Source: an uncultured virus (IMG/VR IMGVR_UViG_2061766007_000276) (lineage: Duplodnaviria; Heunggongvirae; Uroviricota; Caudoviricetes). Taken from it: a DNA stretch of 64,000 nucleotides. The notes below the pieces were generated by a model. The model did no database searches. It saw nothing but the letters and a program-made list of their open reading frames with translations, and was not told where the DNA came from. The translations under genes were made by a program, and so were the position numbers. This document shows, piece after piece, positions 1-9,478 of this stretch. Location of the stretch: the IMG/VR virus record IMGVR_UViG_2061766007_000276, one strand, 5' to 3'. Position 1 is the first letter of the stretch. Every line of letters begins with the position of its first letter.

Positions 1-32
1 ACCCTCGAAATTTCTCCGGCGGTTTATTTTTC

Positions 33-194
33 TAAGGTTTTCTGGTGGAATACCCTTGGCGTGTCTTAAGGTAACCCCTCTGCCAAACGGACATGTGTCA
101 TCTGACAAAAGAGACTGTTTCCGCTCCTTTCTACCTCCTTCCAAAACTGAGTCCAATCTTGGGCTAAGTTGGGGTATTCCACTAGAAAGTCTTA
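33..194 (+). ncRNA. Candidate structured RNA with a 24-bp closing helix and anti-SD-like loop sequences
   Basis: 33-56 (TAAGGTTTTCTGGTGGAATACCCT) pairs continuously with 171-194 (GGGGTATTCCACTAGAAAGTCTTA), and all four non-Watson-Crick pairs are G-U. The loop contains CTCCTTTCT and ACCTCCTT (124-140). Confidence 0.55.
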
Positions 195-224
195 ATCAAA
201 TGAGCTATTCAAGGAGAAAGTCGT

Positions 225-569
225 ATGGCGAAAAAGAAAAGTGTGGACGAAAATCCAAAAACGCGTCCTGCGACGTCTCCGAAGGACCGAGAAGACGAGC
301 TTATAAACCTTGCAGTTAGGTTGGCCGAGCAACAGCTTCGGGATGGGACAGCTTCGACGCAAGTTATAGTCCATTATCTCAAGCTCGGATCCACTAGGGG
401 GATGCTGGAGCAGGAGATGCTGGAAAACAAGACCAAGCTCGTTCGCGCCCAGACCGAATCCATCCAGGCATCCAAGAAGAACGAGGAGCTTTACGAGAAC
501 GCGCTCAAGGCGATGAGCATCTACAGTGGATCCGGTGAGCAAGATGAAGAACCTTATGACGTATACTGA
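225..569 (+). CDS. Putative terminase small subunit / packaging-region protein
   Basis: 114 aa, SD AAGGAG. Helical protein that is the first gene of the packaging cluster, upstream of HNH and TerL. Function inferred from position. Confidence 0.55.
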   Translation: MAKKKSVDENPKTRPATSPKDREDELINLAVRLAEQQLRDGTASTQVIVHYLKLGSTRGMLEQEMLENKTKLVRAQTESIQASKKNEELYENALKAMSIYSGSGEQDEEPYDVY

Positions 570-972
570 GCTTTCCAGACTGGAGTCCTTCGAAGAGAGG
601 TTCGATTACCTCAAGCTCGTCGGACGAGTCGGCGCGGAGACGTTCGGGTCGAGCAGATATTTGAACCAAGGGTTCTACACCTCGAGGGAATGGAAGTCGA
701 TAAGGGACGACGTCATACTCAGAGACGAAGGCTGCGATTTGGGAGTGCCAGGCCGTCTGATACGCGGACGGATAATCATCCACCACATAAACCCGGTAAC
801 GGAAGACGAACTCGTCCACGGCGATACGAGCCTTCTCGATCTGGACAACTTGATTTGCACTAGCTTCGTGACGCATCAAGCGATACACTACGGAGACAAG
901 AGCCTTCTCTTTCCAGATCCGATCGAGAGGCATCCTAACGACACGTGTCCTTGGAAAGGAGGACGTATATGA
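544..972 (+). CDS. HNH endonuclease (packaging-associated)
   Basis: WKSIRDDVILRDEGCD...IIHHINP...NLICTSFVTHQAIH has the HNH pattern. Start uncertain (544 or 556). Confidence 0.85.
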   Translation: MKNLMTYTELSRLESFEERFDYLKLVGRVGAETFGSSRYLNQGFYTSREWKSIRDDVILRDEGCDLGVPGRLIRGRIIIHHINPVTEDELVHGDTSLLDLDNLICTSFVTHQAIHYGDKSLLFPDPIERHPNDTCPWKGGRI

Positions 973-1358
973 CCGAGTCCGGTCCGTTTTACGAGAGCAT
1001 CCTGAACTCCGTGAAGAAGAACCTAGGAATCATGGAGGACGTCACCGCTTTCGATCCAGACATCGTCCTTTTGATAAACTCCACATTCGCCAAGCTCCAT
1101 CAAATGGGAGTCGGCCCCGAGGACACATACGAGATAGAAGACGAGACCAACACATGGGACGAATTCTACACCAACAAGGACATAGCCATGGTGCGAGGAT
1201 ACATGTTCCTGGAAGTGCGCATGATGTTCGACCCTCCGACCGCTAGCGTCCTCTCTTCCTTGGAGAAGAAGATCGCCGAATACGAGTGGAGGTTGAACGT
1301 CGCCGATGACGACTTGATCTACGGGAGCAATCAAAATGGAAACGAATCAGATCTTTAG
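969..1358 (+). CDS. Head-tail connector/adaptor protein
   Basis: SD GAAAGGAGG. SILNSVKKNLGI...FDPDI...FDPPT...EYEWRL resembles siphovirus head-tail connectors. Confidence 0.7.
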   Translation: MTESGPFYESILNSVKKNLGIMEDVTAFDPDIVLLINSTFAKLHQMGVGPEDTYEIEDETNTWDEFYTNKDIAMVRGYMFLEVRMMFDPPTASVLSSLEKKIAEYEWRLNVADDDLIYGSNQNGNESDL

Positions 1359-2100
1359 CGAGACCTTGGCCCCGTCCGAAGATTCTCTGGAGCATTACGG
1401 CGTCAAGGGAATGCACTGGGGCGTATGGAACGCGGAGACGGCGGCGCGGTACGCCCACGTCGCCAAGAAGAAGATCGGAGCCGCGAAGGAACGTTCGAAG
1501 GCCCGTTCTAAAGCTCGTTCCGAGGCCCGCGTCGAGAAGAGGACGGCTGCGAAGAAGCGAAAGGCCGAAACAAATTCGCAGCGGAGAGAACTCGGGATGG
1601 ATCCGGTCAAGTACGCGAAGCTCCGCAAGCAAACTTTGAAGTCCCACGATCCGGCCGTTATCGCAAGGGGCATGCACACCTTGACGGACGAGGAACTCGG
1701 GGAGAAGATCCGACGTCTTCAGCAAGAAGACATCGTGTACAAGATGTCGCAGAGCAGGGCCCAAGAAGCTTACCGGACTAGTCAAGCGAGACGTAATGCC
1801 GTCTCCGCCAATCCCCTCGTCAAATTCGCGGACAAGCAATTCGACAAATTCTCGAACCGTGTCCTAGATACGGTTCTTCCTAAGAAGAACAAGGACGAGA
1901 AGGAAAAAAATAATGACGTCGAGCAAGAAAGCAATAACGAGAGCAACAAGAGCGACACTAAAAACAAGAACGGGAAGAACGGCAAGGGTACTGTCGAGGG
2001 CGAGATAATCGACATCCAGGACATACCGGTATCCTCGACCTACACCCCCGCAAACAGGCAGCTGCCGGAAGCAATAGCTAAGAAGCGGATCAACGTATAG
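1336..2100 (+). CDS. Basic protein with LEHYGVKGMHWG leader (HxGxKGxxWG family)
   Basis: 254 aa, Lys/Arg-rich. The N-terminal motif is shared with ORFs at 4225, 48632, 52869 and 54465. Confidence 0.75.
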   Translation: METNQIFSETLAPSEDSLEHYGVKGMHWGVWNAETAARYAHVAKKKIGAAKERSKARSKARSEARVEKRTAAKKRKAETNSQRRELGMDPVKYAKLRKQTLKSHDPAVIARGMHTLTDEELGEKIRRLQQEDIVYKMSQSRAQEAYRTSQARRNAVSANPLVKFADKQFDKFSNRVLDTVLPKKNKDEKEKNNDVEQESNNESNKSDTKNKNGKNGKGTVEGEIIDIQDIPVSSTYTPANRQLPEAIAKKRINV

Positions 2101-2109
2101 GACGGATCT

Positions 2110-3916
2110 ATGAACCTATCCAACACGGCCACCCCGATCTACTACGGTAAGTTCCGGGATGCCGTGATCCGGGGTGAGATACCAGTTTGCAAGGAAATCT
2201 CGATGGAGATGAACCGCATCGATGCGCTCATCGAGAATCCCGGAATCTACTACGATCCGGATGCCATCAACGGTTACATCGCCTTCTGCGAGGCGGAGCT
2301 CACGCTTACCGACGGCAGCCCGCTCTACTTGCTCGACACGTTCAAGCTCTGGGCGGAGCAGGTGTTCGGCTGGTACTACTTCGTCGACAAGAGCGTGTTC
2401 ATACCGGATCCGGAAGGCGGTCCTGGCCGTTACGAGAGGCGCCGTGTCAAGAAACGCCTCACGAACAAGCAGTACCTCATAGTCGGACGAGGCGCTGCTA
2501 AGTCCATGTACGGCATGACGATGCACGCTTTCGTCGAGAACATAGACACGAGCACCACCGTTCAATTGGCCACCGCCCCCACCATGAGGCAGGCCGAAGA
2601 GGTCGTGATGCCGTACAGAACGGCCATCACCCGAGCGAGAGGACCGCTCTTCAAGTTCCTGACAGAGGGATCGTTGCAGAACACCACAGGAAGCCGGGCG
2701 AACAGGGTCAAGCTGGCCTCCACGAAAAAGGGCATCGAGAACTTCCTGACCGGATCTCTTCTCGAGGTACGCCCGATGAGCATCGACAAGCTCCAGGGTC
2801 GCAGAGACAAGCTCGCCACAATCGACGAATGGCTATCCGGGGACGTCCGCGAGGACGTTGTAGGCGCCATCGAGCAGGGCTCGTCCAAGGTCGACGACTG
2901 GCTCATCATCGCGATGAGCTCCGAGGGCACGGTCCGCAACGGCACCGGCGACACCATCAAAATGGAGCTGATGTCCATCCTCAAGGGAGAGTACATCAAC
3001 CCGCACGTGTCGATCTGGTACTACAAGCTCGACGACATCGACGAGGTAAACGATCCCAACATGTGGATCAAGGCACAGCCAAATCTCGGCCGGACCGTTT
3101 CCTACGAGACCTACCAGCTCGACGTCGAGCGCGCCGAAAATAATCCAGTCGCCAGGAACGACATCCTTGCCAAGCGCTTCGGCATACCTCTCGAGGGATA
3201 CACCTACTACTTCACGTACGAGGAGACCCTCTGCAAGCCGAGGCGGGAGTACTGGAACATGTCTTGCGCGTTGGGCGCCGACCTATCGCAGGGAGACGAC
3301 TTCTGCGCGTTCACGTTCCTCTTCCCACTGAGACGCGGCGAGTTCGGCGTGAAAACGAGGAGCTACATATCCTCGAACACGCTCATGAAGCTTCCGAACG
3401 CCATGCGGTCCAAATACCAGGAGTTCATAGACGAGGGCACCCTCGTTGTGCTCGAAGGGGCGATNNNNNNNNNNGTACCAGGAGTTCATAGACGAGGGCA
3501 CCCTCGTTGTGCTCGAAGGGGCGATTATCGACCTTATGGAGGTGTACGACGATCTCGACGCCTTCATAGACGAGATGCAGTACGACGTATCGTGCTTCGG
3601 GTACGACCCATACAACGCCAGATCGTTCATCGAGCGATGGGAACTGGAAAACGGACCGTTCGGCCTGGAGGTCGTACGCCAGGGAGTAAAGACCGAGTCC
3701 GTCCCCTTGGGCGAGATCAAGAAGCTGGCAGAGGACAAGATGCTCTGGTTCGACGAGAAGATCATGTCGTTCACGATGGGCAACGCCATCGTCCTGATAG
3801 ACAACAACCGGCAGAAGAAGCTCATGAAGCGACGCTACGATCAGAAGATCGATAACGTCTCCGCCCTCATGGACGCCTTCGTGGCCTACAAGCTCCACAA
3901 GGAGAATTTCGAATGA
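2110..3916 (+). CDS. terL: Terminase large subunit (one gene split by an N gap with duplicated flanks)
   Basis: Walker A GRGAAKS, Walker B LATIDEW, nuclease motifs GADLSQGDD, GYDPYN and KIDNVSALMDA. About 48 bp is duplicated on either side of the gap at 3465-3474, which explains the frame break. Confidence 0.93.
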
Positions 3917-4203
3917 TTTGCAGATGCACTTTCGAGGACGGATCCACAGCTATTCTATCCCACACCGCCTTGACCCAAGAGGAGCTCGCCAAGCGCAAGT
4001 ACGCCTTCCCGGAGCAGAGGAAGTTCCCGCTCCCTGATCGCGACCATGTCCTTTCGGCAATAAAGTTCTTCAACTACGTGGAACCGAGGAACGAGAGAAA
4101 GCTGGCGAACGCGATTCTCAAGAGGATGCGAGAGCTCGGCATGGCCGATGTCAACGTCGGAGACACCAACCGGTTCAAGAAGTACTACAATCCGGAACGG
4201 TAA
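3913..4203 (+). CDS. Small conserved protein (DUF6582-like) with FEDGS...LSH leader
   Basis: YAFPEQRKFPLPDRDHVLSAIKFFNYV resembles DUF6582 (from memory). ATGA overlap with TerL. Confidence 0.65.
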   Translation: MICRCTFEDGSTAILSHTALTQEELAKRKYAFPEQRKFPLPDRDHVLSAIKFFNYVEPRNERKLANAILKRMRELGMADVNVGDTNRFKKYYNPER

Positions 4204-4224
4204 GAAAGGATCCATGATGTCAAA

Positions 4225-4773
4225 ATGGACTACATAGTGACATTCGAGGACGGCTCCGAAGCCTATTTGGCCCATCATGGCATCAAGGGCCAGAAGTGGG
4301 GAGTCCGCACGAAGGACTACGTCAAGAAAGGGCTGCGGAACGTAGGCGGAGCCAAAACCGCGAAAACTTCCAAGCCGTCGATCTCTTCCCTGAGGGCGTC
4401 TCGGCAGCAGAAGAAGATAGACAAGTACGCAGCGAAGGTGACGCACCAGAAGGCCAAGGTTTCCGCCATCGACGCCAAAGTCAAGGCAAGGAACACCGGT
4501 CTGATAAGCAAGTACATGTCGAAGCAGCTCGGAGCCAGGGCCAATTACTGGTCGACGCACAACTCCGAGTACAACCAGCACATAACGAAGCAAGGCCGCA
4601 AGATACGAGAGCGCTTCTCCGACGACATCGCCAAAGTGAAGGACCGAAAGGACTGGGTCGACAACGGCATGTTCTGGGAGCAGAACGCGAAGAGGAAAGC
4701 CCTCAAGAAGGCGGCCGATTCGCAGAGGAAGCTCGACAAGGCCCGTGCGGCCAAGAGAAGGCTCGAGGCATAG
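4225..4773 (+). CDS. Basic protein with TFEDGSEAYLAHHGIKGQKWG leader
   Basis: 182 aa, very Lys/Arg-rich, carrying the family leader. Confidence 0.75.
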   Translation: MDYIVTFEDGSEAYLAHHGIKGQKWGVRTKDYVKKGLRNVGGAKTAKTSKPSISSLRASRQQKKIDKYAAKVTHQKAKVSAIDAKVKARNTGLISKYMSKQLGARANYWSTHNSEYNQHITKQGRKIRERFSDDIAKVKDRKDWVDNGMFWEQNAKRKALKKAADSQRKLDKARAAKRRLEA

Positions 4774-4827
4774 ACGATACCATCTAGCCGTATAGAAATA
4801 GAAAGCACTACGTAGGAAAGGACTGAT

Positions 4828-6411
4828 ATGCCAGGACAATCTTACGATGCTTCGGAGATCACTTCCTTCGGGGAGTACCTGAAGCATCAGTGGAACGTGT
4901 TCCGGAACAAGGACCCGATCTACCAGGACATCGGAAGGGTCAATTCCAGGGAAAGGGTGCAGCAGTACTCTCCTGGTGCCATTTCCTACATGCATCCGGA
5001 CCATAGGCGCTTGTCGCCGATGACCGACAGGACGTTGGCTGCGGCAATATACAGCCGCATAGCCACCGATGCCTGCATCGCGCACATCCACCACATCAAG
5101 ACCGACGAGAACGGGATGTTCAAGGAGGAGATGAAGTCCGGGCTGAACAACGTCTTGACATGCGAGGCCAACATCGACCAGACAGGAACCGCGTTCATGC
5201 AGGACCTGATCATATCGATGCTGGACGAGGGCGTCGTAGCCGCGGTTCCGATCGACACGAGCGTCGACCCGAACAACGGGAACGTGTTCGACATCCTGAC
5301 CATGCGAGTCGGCAAGATAGTCCAATGGGAGCCGGACCGCGTGCAGCTGGAAGTGTACAACGACCAGTTAGGGCGTCGTGAGCTCGTGAAGATGATGAAG
5401 CGTTCCGTCGCAATCATCGAGAACCCGTTCTACCAGGTGATGAACGAGCCGAATTCGACGTTGAAGCGCCTTGTCCGCAAGCTGTCGCTCATGGACCAGG
5501 TCGACGACGAGATCGGAAGCAAGAAGCTGGACGTCATCATCCAGCTGCCTTACGTGGTCAAGAACCAGACCAAGAGGGAGCAAGCGGAGGAACGCCGCAA
5601 AGCCCTCGAGGAACAGCTAGTCAACTCCCAACTCGGAGTTGGTTATATAGATGGCACCGAGCGGATCGTGCAATTGAACCGCTCGTTGGAGAATAACCTC
5701 ATGAAAGAAGTCGAGACCCTTACGAGTATGCTATACAGCCAGTTGGGGATAACGGCGGAGATCATGAACGGAACGGCGACTGAAGCTATGATGATGAACT
5801 ATTACAAGCGCACGGTCGACGTCATCCTCCAAGCCATATGCGAGGAATTCGAGAGGAAGTTCCTCTCGAAGACCGCCCGCACTCAGCATCAGGCCATCAA
5901 GTTTTACAGGGATCCTTTCAGCCTGACGCCGACGACGGTGATAGCCGACATAGCCGACCGCTTCACCAGGAACGAGATCCTCTCTCCGAACGAGGTGCGC
6001 GGCATAGTCGGGTTCATGCCGTCAGCAGACGAAGCTGCGAACGAGCTTCGTAACCGCAACATAAACCAAACTGGCGACGGCGGCTCTCTTCCCTTCGCCA
6101 CCACAGGCGAGGGAGGTGAAAGCGCAGATGGATCCTTAGAAGGACAAATAGGACAGTCCGGCCAAACGGTGCCTCTAAGCTCCCTTGTCGATAGGGAAGC
6201 GGTTCCAGAGAAACCGGATAGGCCAGAACGATCGGGCGGCGAGCCCGAGGAAAAAGTACCGATAGCCGAGATCGAAACTGGTCTCGGGGGGTTGTCCGAG
6301 GAGGGCAGACCGGAGAAGAGGGTCCCCATATCGAGGCTCATCGAAGTGGAATACCCCATCGAAAAGCTGTTCGACGAGGACGAGGTCCAGATCGAGGAAC
6401 TGTTTGACTGA
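4828..6411 (+). CDS. Portal protein with acidic C-terminal extension
   Basis: 527 aa between TerL and protease. Motifs AIYSRIATD, IENPFYQVMNEPNSTL and RNEILSPNEVRGIVG. Confidence 0.9.
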   Translation: MPGQSYDASEITSFGEYLKHQWNVFRNKDPIYQDIGRVNSRERVQQYSPGAISYMHPDHRRLSPMTDRTLAAAIYSRIATDACIAHIHHIKTDENGMFKEEMKSGLNNVLTCEANIDQTGTAFMQDLIISMLDEGVVAAVPIDTSVDPNNGNVFDILTMRVGKIVQWEPDRVQLEVYNDQLGRRELVKMMKRSVAIIENPFYQVMNEPNSTLKRLVRKLSLMDQVDDEIGSKKLDVIIQLPYVVKNQTKREQAEERRKALEEQLVNSQLGVGYIDGTERIVQLNRSLENNLMKEVETLTSMLYSQLGITAEIMNGTATEAMMMNYYKRTVDVILQAICEEFERKFLSKTARTQHQAIKFYRDPFSLTPTTVIADIADRFTRNEILSPNEVRGIVGFMPSADEAANELRNRNINQTGDGGSLPFATTGEGGESADGSLEGQIGQSGQTVPLSSLVDREAVPEKPDRPERSGGEPEEKVPIAEIETGLGGLSEEGRPEKRVPISRLIEVEYPIEKLFDEDEVQIEELFD

Positions 6412-6440
6412 GGTAATCAAAATGGAAGGAACAGCGGACT

Positions 6441-9071
6441 ATGAGTTATGATTTCAGTGGCTATGCCACTAGGCATAACATCCGTTGCTCGGACGGGCGT
6501 ACGATCATGCCCGACGCGTTCAAGGAATGCGATGGCCAGATCGTTCCGTTGGTGTGGCAGCACATGCACGATTCGACAGACAACGTGCTAGGCCACGCAG
6601 AATTGGAGAACCGTCCGGACGGTGTTTATGCGTATTGCTCGCTCAACAGCACCTCAAGTGCTGAAAACGCACGCGAGCTAGTAAAGCACGGCGATATTTG
6701 CGCCTTGTCGATTTACGCCAACCGTTTGCAGCAAGTCGGCCAGAACGTAATGCACGGCGTCATCCGCGAAGTGAGCCTGGTTCTCGCAGGAGCGAATCCC
6801 GGCGCCACGATAGACAACTTGGCCTTCGCGCATGCGGACGGCACCAAGGAGATCATCGACGACGAGGCGTGCATCACGTTCGTAGACGAGCCGTTGAAGG
6901 TCGTCATGCATTCCGACGAGGAAAACGTGAAGACCGTTGGCGAGATCGTCGACACCATGAATGACGAGCAGAAGGAAGCCGTCATGGCCATCATCGAGGC
7001 CCTTTCCGGCGATGGGGAGGACCTCTCCCATTCGGAAGGCGGAGACGGTGGTGACGGCGGCGATGGCGGCGATGGCGGAGATGCAGTCGACGCCGAAGCC
7101 GAAGAAGGGCTCGACGAGGAAGAGGACGACGAGGAAGAGGACGACGAGGAAGAGGACGAAGAGGATCCCGACGATGACGTCGAGGAGACGATAGCCGACA
7201 CCCTCGATACCCTCGACCCGGACCAGGCACAGGCCCTTGACGACATCCTCGAGGCCCTTTCCGGTAATCCCGACGCCATCGACGAGAAGACCAAGGCGAT
7301 CTTCGACACGTTCGACGATGCGCAGAAAGAGGCCGTCTTCGCGATGGTTGGCCTCGCCGTCAAGGAGTCCGAAGAGCTCGAGCACGCCGACGAAGAAGGC
7401 GAAAGCATGGACGACGAAACCATCGAAGACGTCGTCGGAACGTTGGACGACGAGCAACGCGACGCGATGGACGAGATACTGGAGGCCCTCTCGTCCGGGG
7501 AAGGCCCCGTGGACGAGGAGACTGCCAAGGTTTTCGACACGTTCACAGATAAGCAAAAGGACGCCGTCTACGCCCTCGTCGGTTTGGCCGTCGAGCAAGG
7601 CGGGGAGATGGAGCACTCCGAAGATCTCGATCTCGAGGCCGTCATCGACGCCATGGACGACGATCAAGTAGCGGCCATCGAAGCGATTCTCGATGCAGTA
7701 GAAAAAGGAGAGGACTCCGTTCCGCTGGAAGTGAAGAGAATCGTCGACGCCATGGACGACGAACAGAAGGCAGCCGTTCAGGAGCTTCTAGACGCCGCTC
7801 AGGAAGATAACGAATCCGAAGATGAAGAATCTGAGGACGAGGAAGAGATAAGCCATTCTACCTATGGAGGAAATTCAATGAAATACAACGTTTTCGATGC
7901 AGATCTGGCCGAGACCGCCGTTCTTTCCCACGATGACATGCAGGCCGTGTTTGATGACGCCCCCCGTTACGGCAGCCTGAGGGAAGCCGCCCTGCAGCAC
8001 GGCATCACGGACATCGAGGTGCTGTTCCCCGAAGCACAGGCCGTCAACCGCCAGCCTTACGAGATCGCCCGCCGCATGGAGTGGGTCTCCGTCGTCCTCA
8101 ACGGCGTGCATAAGAGCCCGTTCTCCCGCATCAAGTCGACGGCCGTCAACCTGACCGAGGAGCAGGCCCGTGCCAAGGGTTACATCAAGGGCCGCAAGAA
8201 GATCGAAGAGCAGATCTCCGCTCTCCGCCGCGTGACGACTCCGCAGACGGTCTACAAGCTGCAGAAGCTCGACCGCGACGATGTCATCGACATCACCGAC
8301 TTCGACGTCGTGGCGTGGATGAAGAAGGAAATGCGCATGATGCTGGACGAGGAAGTCGCCCGTGCGATCCTGGTTGGCGACGGCCGCGTTGGCACCGATC
8401 CCGAGAAGATCTTCCCGGATCACATCCGCCCGGTTTGGAGCGACGACGAGATGTACACCATCCACCAGGTCATCGCCTCCGCGAACGCCACCGACTACAC
8501 CGGCATGATCGACTCCGTGGTCCGCAGCCGCAAGGCGTACAAGGGCTCCGGCAACCCGGTCATGTTCATCGGCCCGGACATCCTCACCGAGATGCGCCTG
8601 CTCAAGGATCAGGACAACCGTTTCCGCTACGAGTCCGACGCCAAGCTGGCCGAGGCGATGCGCGTTTCCAAGATCGTGGAAGTCGAGCTCTTCGACGAGC
8701 TCACCCGCACGGTCGACGGCAAGGACCGCAAGCTCGTGGCGATCATCCTCAACCTGGCCGACTACACGGTCGGCGCCGACAAGGGCGGCGAGGTCTCGAT
8801 GTTCGACGACTTCGATCTCGACTACAACAAGCTCGAGTACCTGATCGAGACCCGCATGTCCGGCGCATTGACGCAGCCTAAGTCCGCGATTGCGGTCGAG
8901 ATCCAGACCACCACGGACTCCACGCCCGAGGTCAAGTACAAGAAGGTCACTTCGCCGGTAGTCGCCGACATCGCCGATTACTACGATCAGGACGAGTACG
9001 GCCGCTTCCAGAAGACCGTCGACGTCGCGATCGTGACGGGCAAGACCTATTGGGAACTTGACGAGGACTAG
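6441..9071 (+). CDS. Prohead protease-scaffold-major capsid polyprotein
   Basis: N-terminal HK97-type protease (FSGYAT, PLVWQH, VLGH, LSI, IREVSLVLAGANPGA), an acidic repetitive linker, then a capsid domain from about MKYNVFD. Confidence 0.9.
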   Translation: MSYDFSGYATRHNIRCSDGRTIMPDAFKECDGQIVPLVWQHMHDSTDNVLGHAELENRPDGVYAYCSLNSTSSAENARELVKHGDICALSIYANRLQQVGQNVMHGVIREVSLVLAGANPGATIDNLAFAHADGTKEIIDDEACITFVDEPLKVVMHSDEENVKTVGEIVDTMNDEQKEAVMAIIEALSGDGEDLSHSEGGDGGDGGDGGDGGDAVDAEAEEGLDEEEDDEEEDDEEEDEEDPDDDVEETIADTLDTLDPDQAQALDDILEALSGNPDAIDEKTKAIFDTFDDAQKEAVFAMVGLAVKESEELEHADEEGESMDDETIEDVVGTLDDEQRDAMDEILEALSSGEGPVDEETAKVFDTFTDKQKDAVYALVGLAVEQGGEMEHSEDLDLEAVIDAMDDDQVAAIEAILDAVEKGEDSVPLEVKRIVDAMDDEQKAAVQELLDAAQEDNESEDEESEDEEEISHSTYGGNSMKYNVFDADLAETAVLSHDDMQAVFDDAPRYGSLREAALQHGITDIEVLFPEAQAVNRQPYEIARRMEWVSVVLNGVHKSPFSRIKSTAVNLTEEQARAKGYIKGRKKIEEQISALRRVTTPQTVYKLQKLDRDDVIDITDFDVVAWMKKEMRMMLDEEVARAILVGDGRVGTDPEKIFPDHIRPVWSDDEMYTIHQVIASANATDYTGMIDSVVRSRKAYKGSGNPVMFIGPDILTEMRLLKDQDNRFRYESDAKLAEAMRVSKIVEVELFDELTRTVDGKDRKLVAIILNLADYTVGADKGGEVSMFDDFDLDYNKLEYLIETRMSGALTQPKSAIAVEIQTTTDSTPEVKYKKVTSPVVADIADYYDQDEYGRFQKTVDVAIVTGKTYWELDED
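7878..9071 (+). CDS. Probable internal in-frame start giving the major capsid protein alone
   Basis: GGAGG at 7866-7870 lies 7 nt before an in-frame ATG at 7878, at the linker/capsid boundary. Confidence 0.55.
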   Translation: MKYNVFDADLAETAVLSHDDMQAVFDDAPRYGSLREAALQHGITDIEVLFPEAQAVNRQPYEIARRMEWVSVVLNGVHKSPFSRIKSTAVNLTEEQARAKGYIKGRKKIEEQISALRRVTTPQTVYKLQKLDRDDVIDITDFDVVAWMKKEMRMMLDEEVARAILVGDGRVGTDPEKIFPDHIRPVWSDDEMYTIHQVIASANATDYTGMIDSVVRSRKAYKGSGNPVMFIGPDILTEMRLLKDQDNRFRYESDAKLAEAMRVSKIVEVELFDELTRTVDGKDRKLVAIILNLADYTVGADKGGEVSMFDDFDLDYNKLEYLIETRMSGALTQPKSAIAVEIQTTTDSTPEVKYKKVTSPVVADIADYYDQDEYGRFQKTVDVAIVTGKTYWELDED

Positions 9072-9099
9072 TCTAGGCTAGCATCGTCTTAATCCGCAT

Positions 9100-9148
9100 C
9101 GGGAACGGCTAGGGAGCTTTCCGCCGGTCGGCTCCCGGCCGTATCCCG
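9100..9148 (+). other. GC-rich hairpin after the capsid gene (no U-tract; stabiliser or attenuator)
   Basis: Nested stems CGGGA/TCCCG, ACGGCT/GGCCGT and GGGAGC/GCTCCC. Confidence 0.55.
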
Positions 9149-9170
9149 TCGATTCGAAAGGAGCCAAGCA

Positions 9171-9458
9171 ATGGCTGTATGCAACGGAATTACGGAACAG
9201 AAGTTCCGCTCGATCGCCAAGAAGGCGGTAGTAGAGTATTGGAACGGAAACCAGAACCTGGTCAAGAAGTTCGGGACCGTTACGGATCGCAAGGTGTACG
9301 TCACCTGGCAGTGCAAGTGCATCCAGAACTTCAAGGCGCTTCTCGGCGTCAGCTTCGACGGTGACGGCATGTACTTCGAGTTCACGTGGAACGGCGACGA
9401 GGCCGAGGGTTATCTGGACGTATACAAGAAGCAGAAGCATCTGACGATCAAGGAATAG
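9171..9458 (+). CDS. Conserved phage protein (DUF6275-like)
   Basis: VYVTWQCKCIQNFKALL...GMYFEFTWNGD...YLDVYKK; SD GAAAGGAG. Confidence 0.75.
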   Translation: MAVCNGITEQKFRSIAKKAVVEYWNGNQNLVKKFGTVTDRKVYVTWQCKCIQNFKALLGVSFDGDGMYFEFTWNGDEAEGYLDVYKKQKHLTIKE

Positions 9459-9478
9459 GCTTCGGAGGGAATTTCAAA

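Noticed and set aside
1..32. Genome terminus or cos site at the window start
   Set aside because: The position upstream of the packaging genes is suggestive, but nothing in the sequence alone identifies an end.
3416..3525. Apparent frameshift and direct repeat in the terminase gene
   Set aside because: The same ~48 bp flanks a 10-N gap. This is a scaffolding overlap, not a programmed frameshift or intron.
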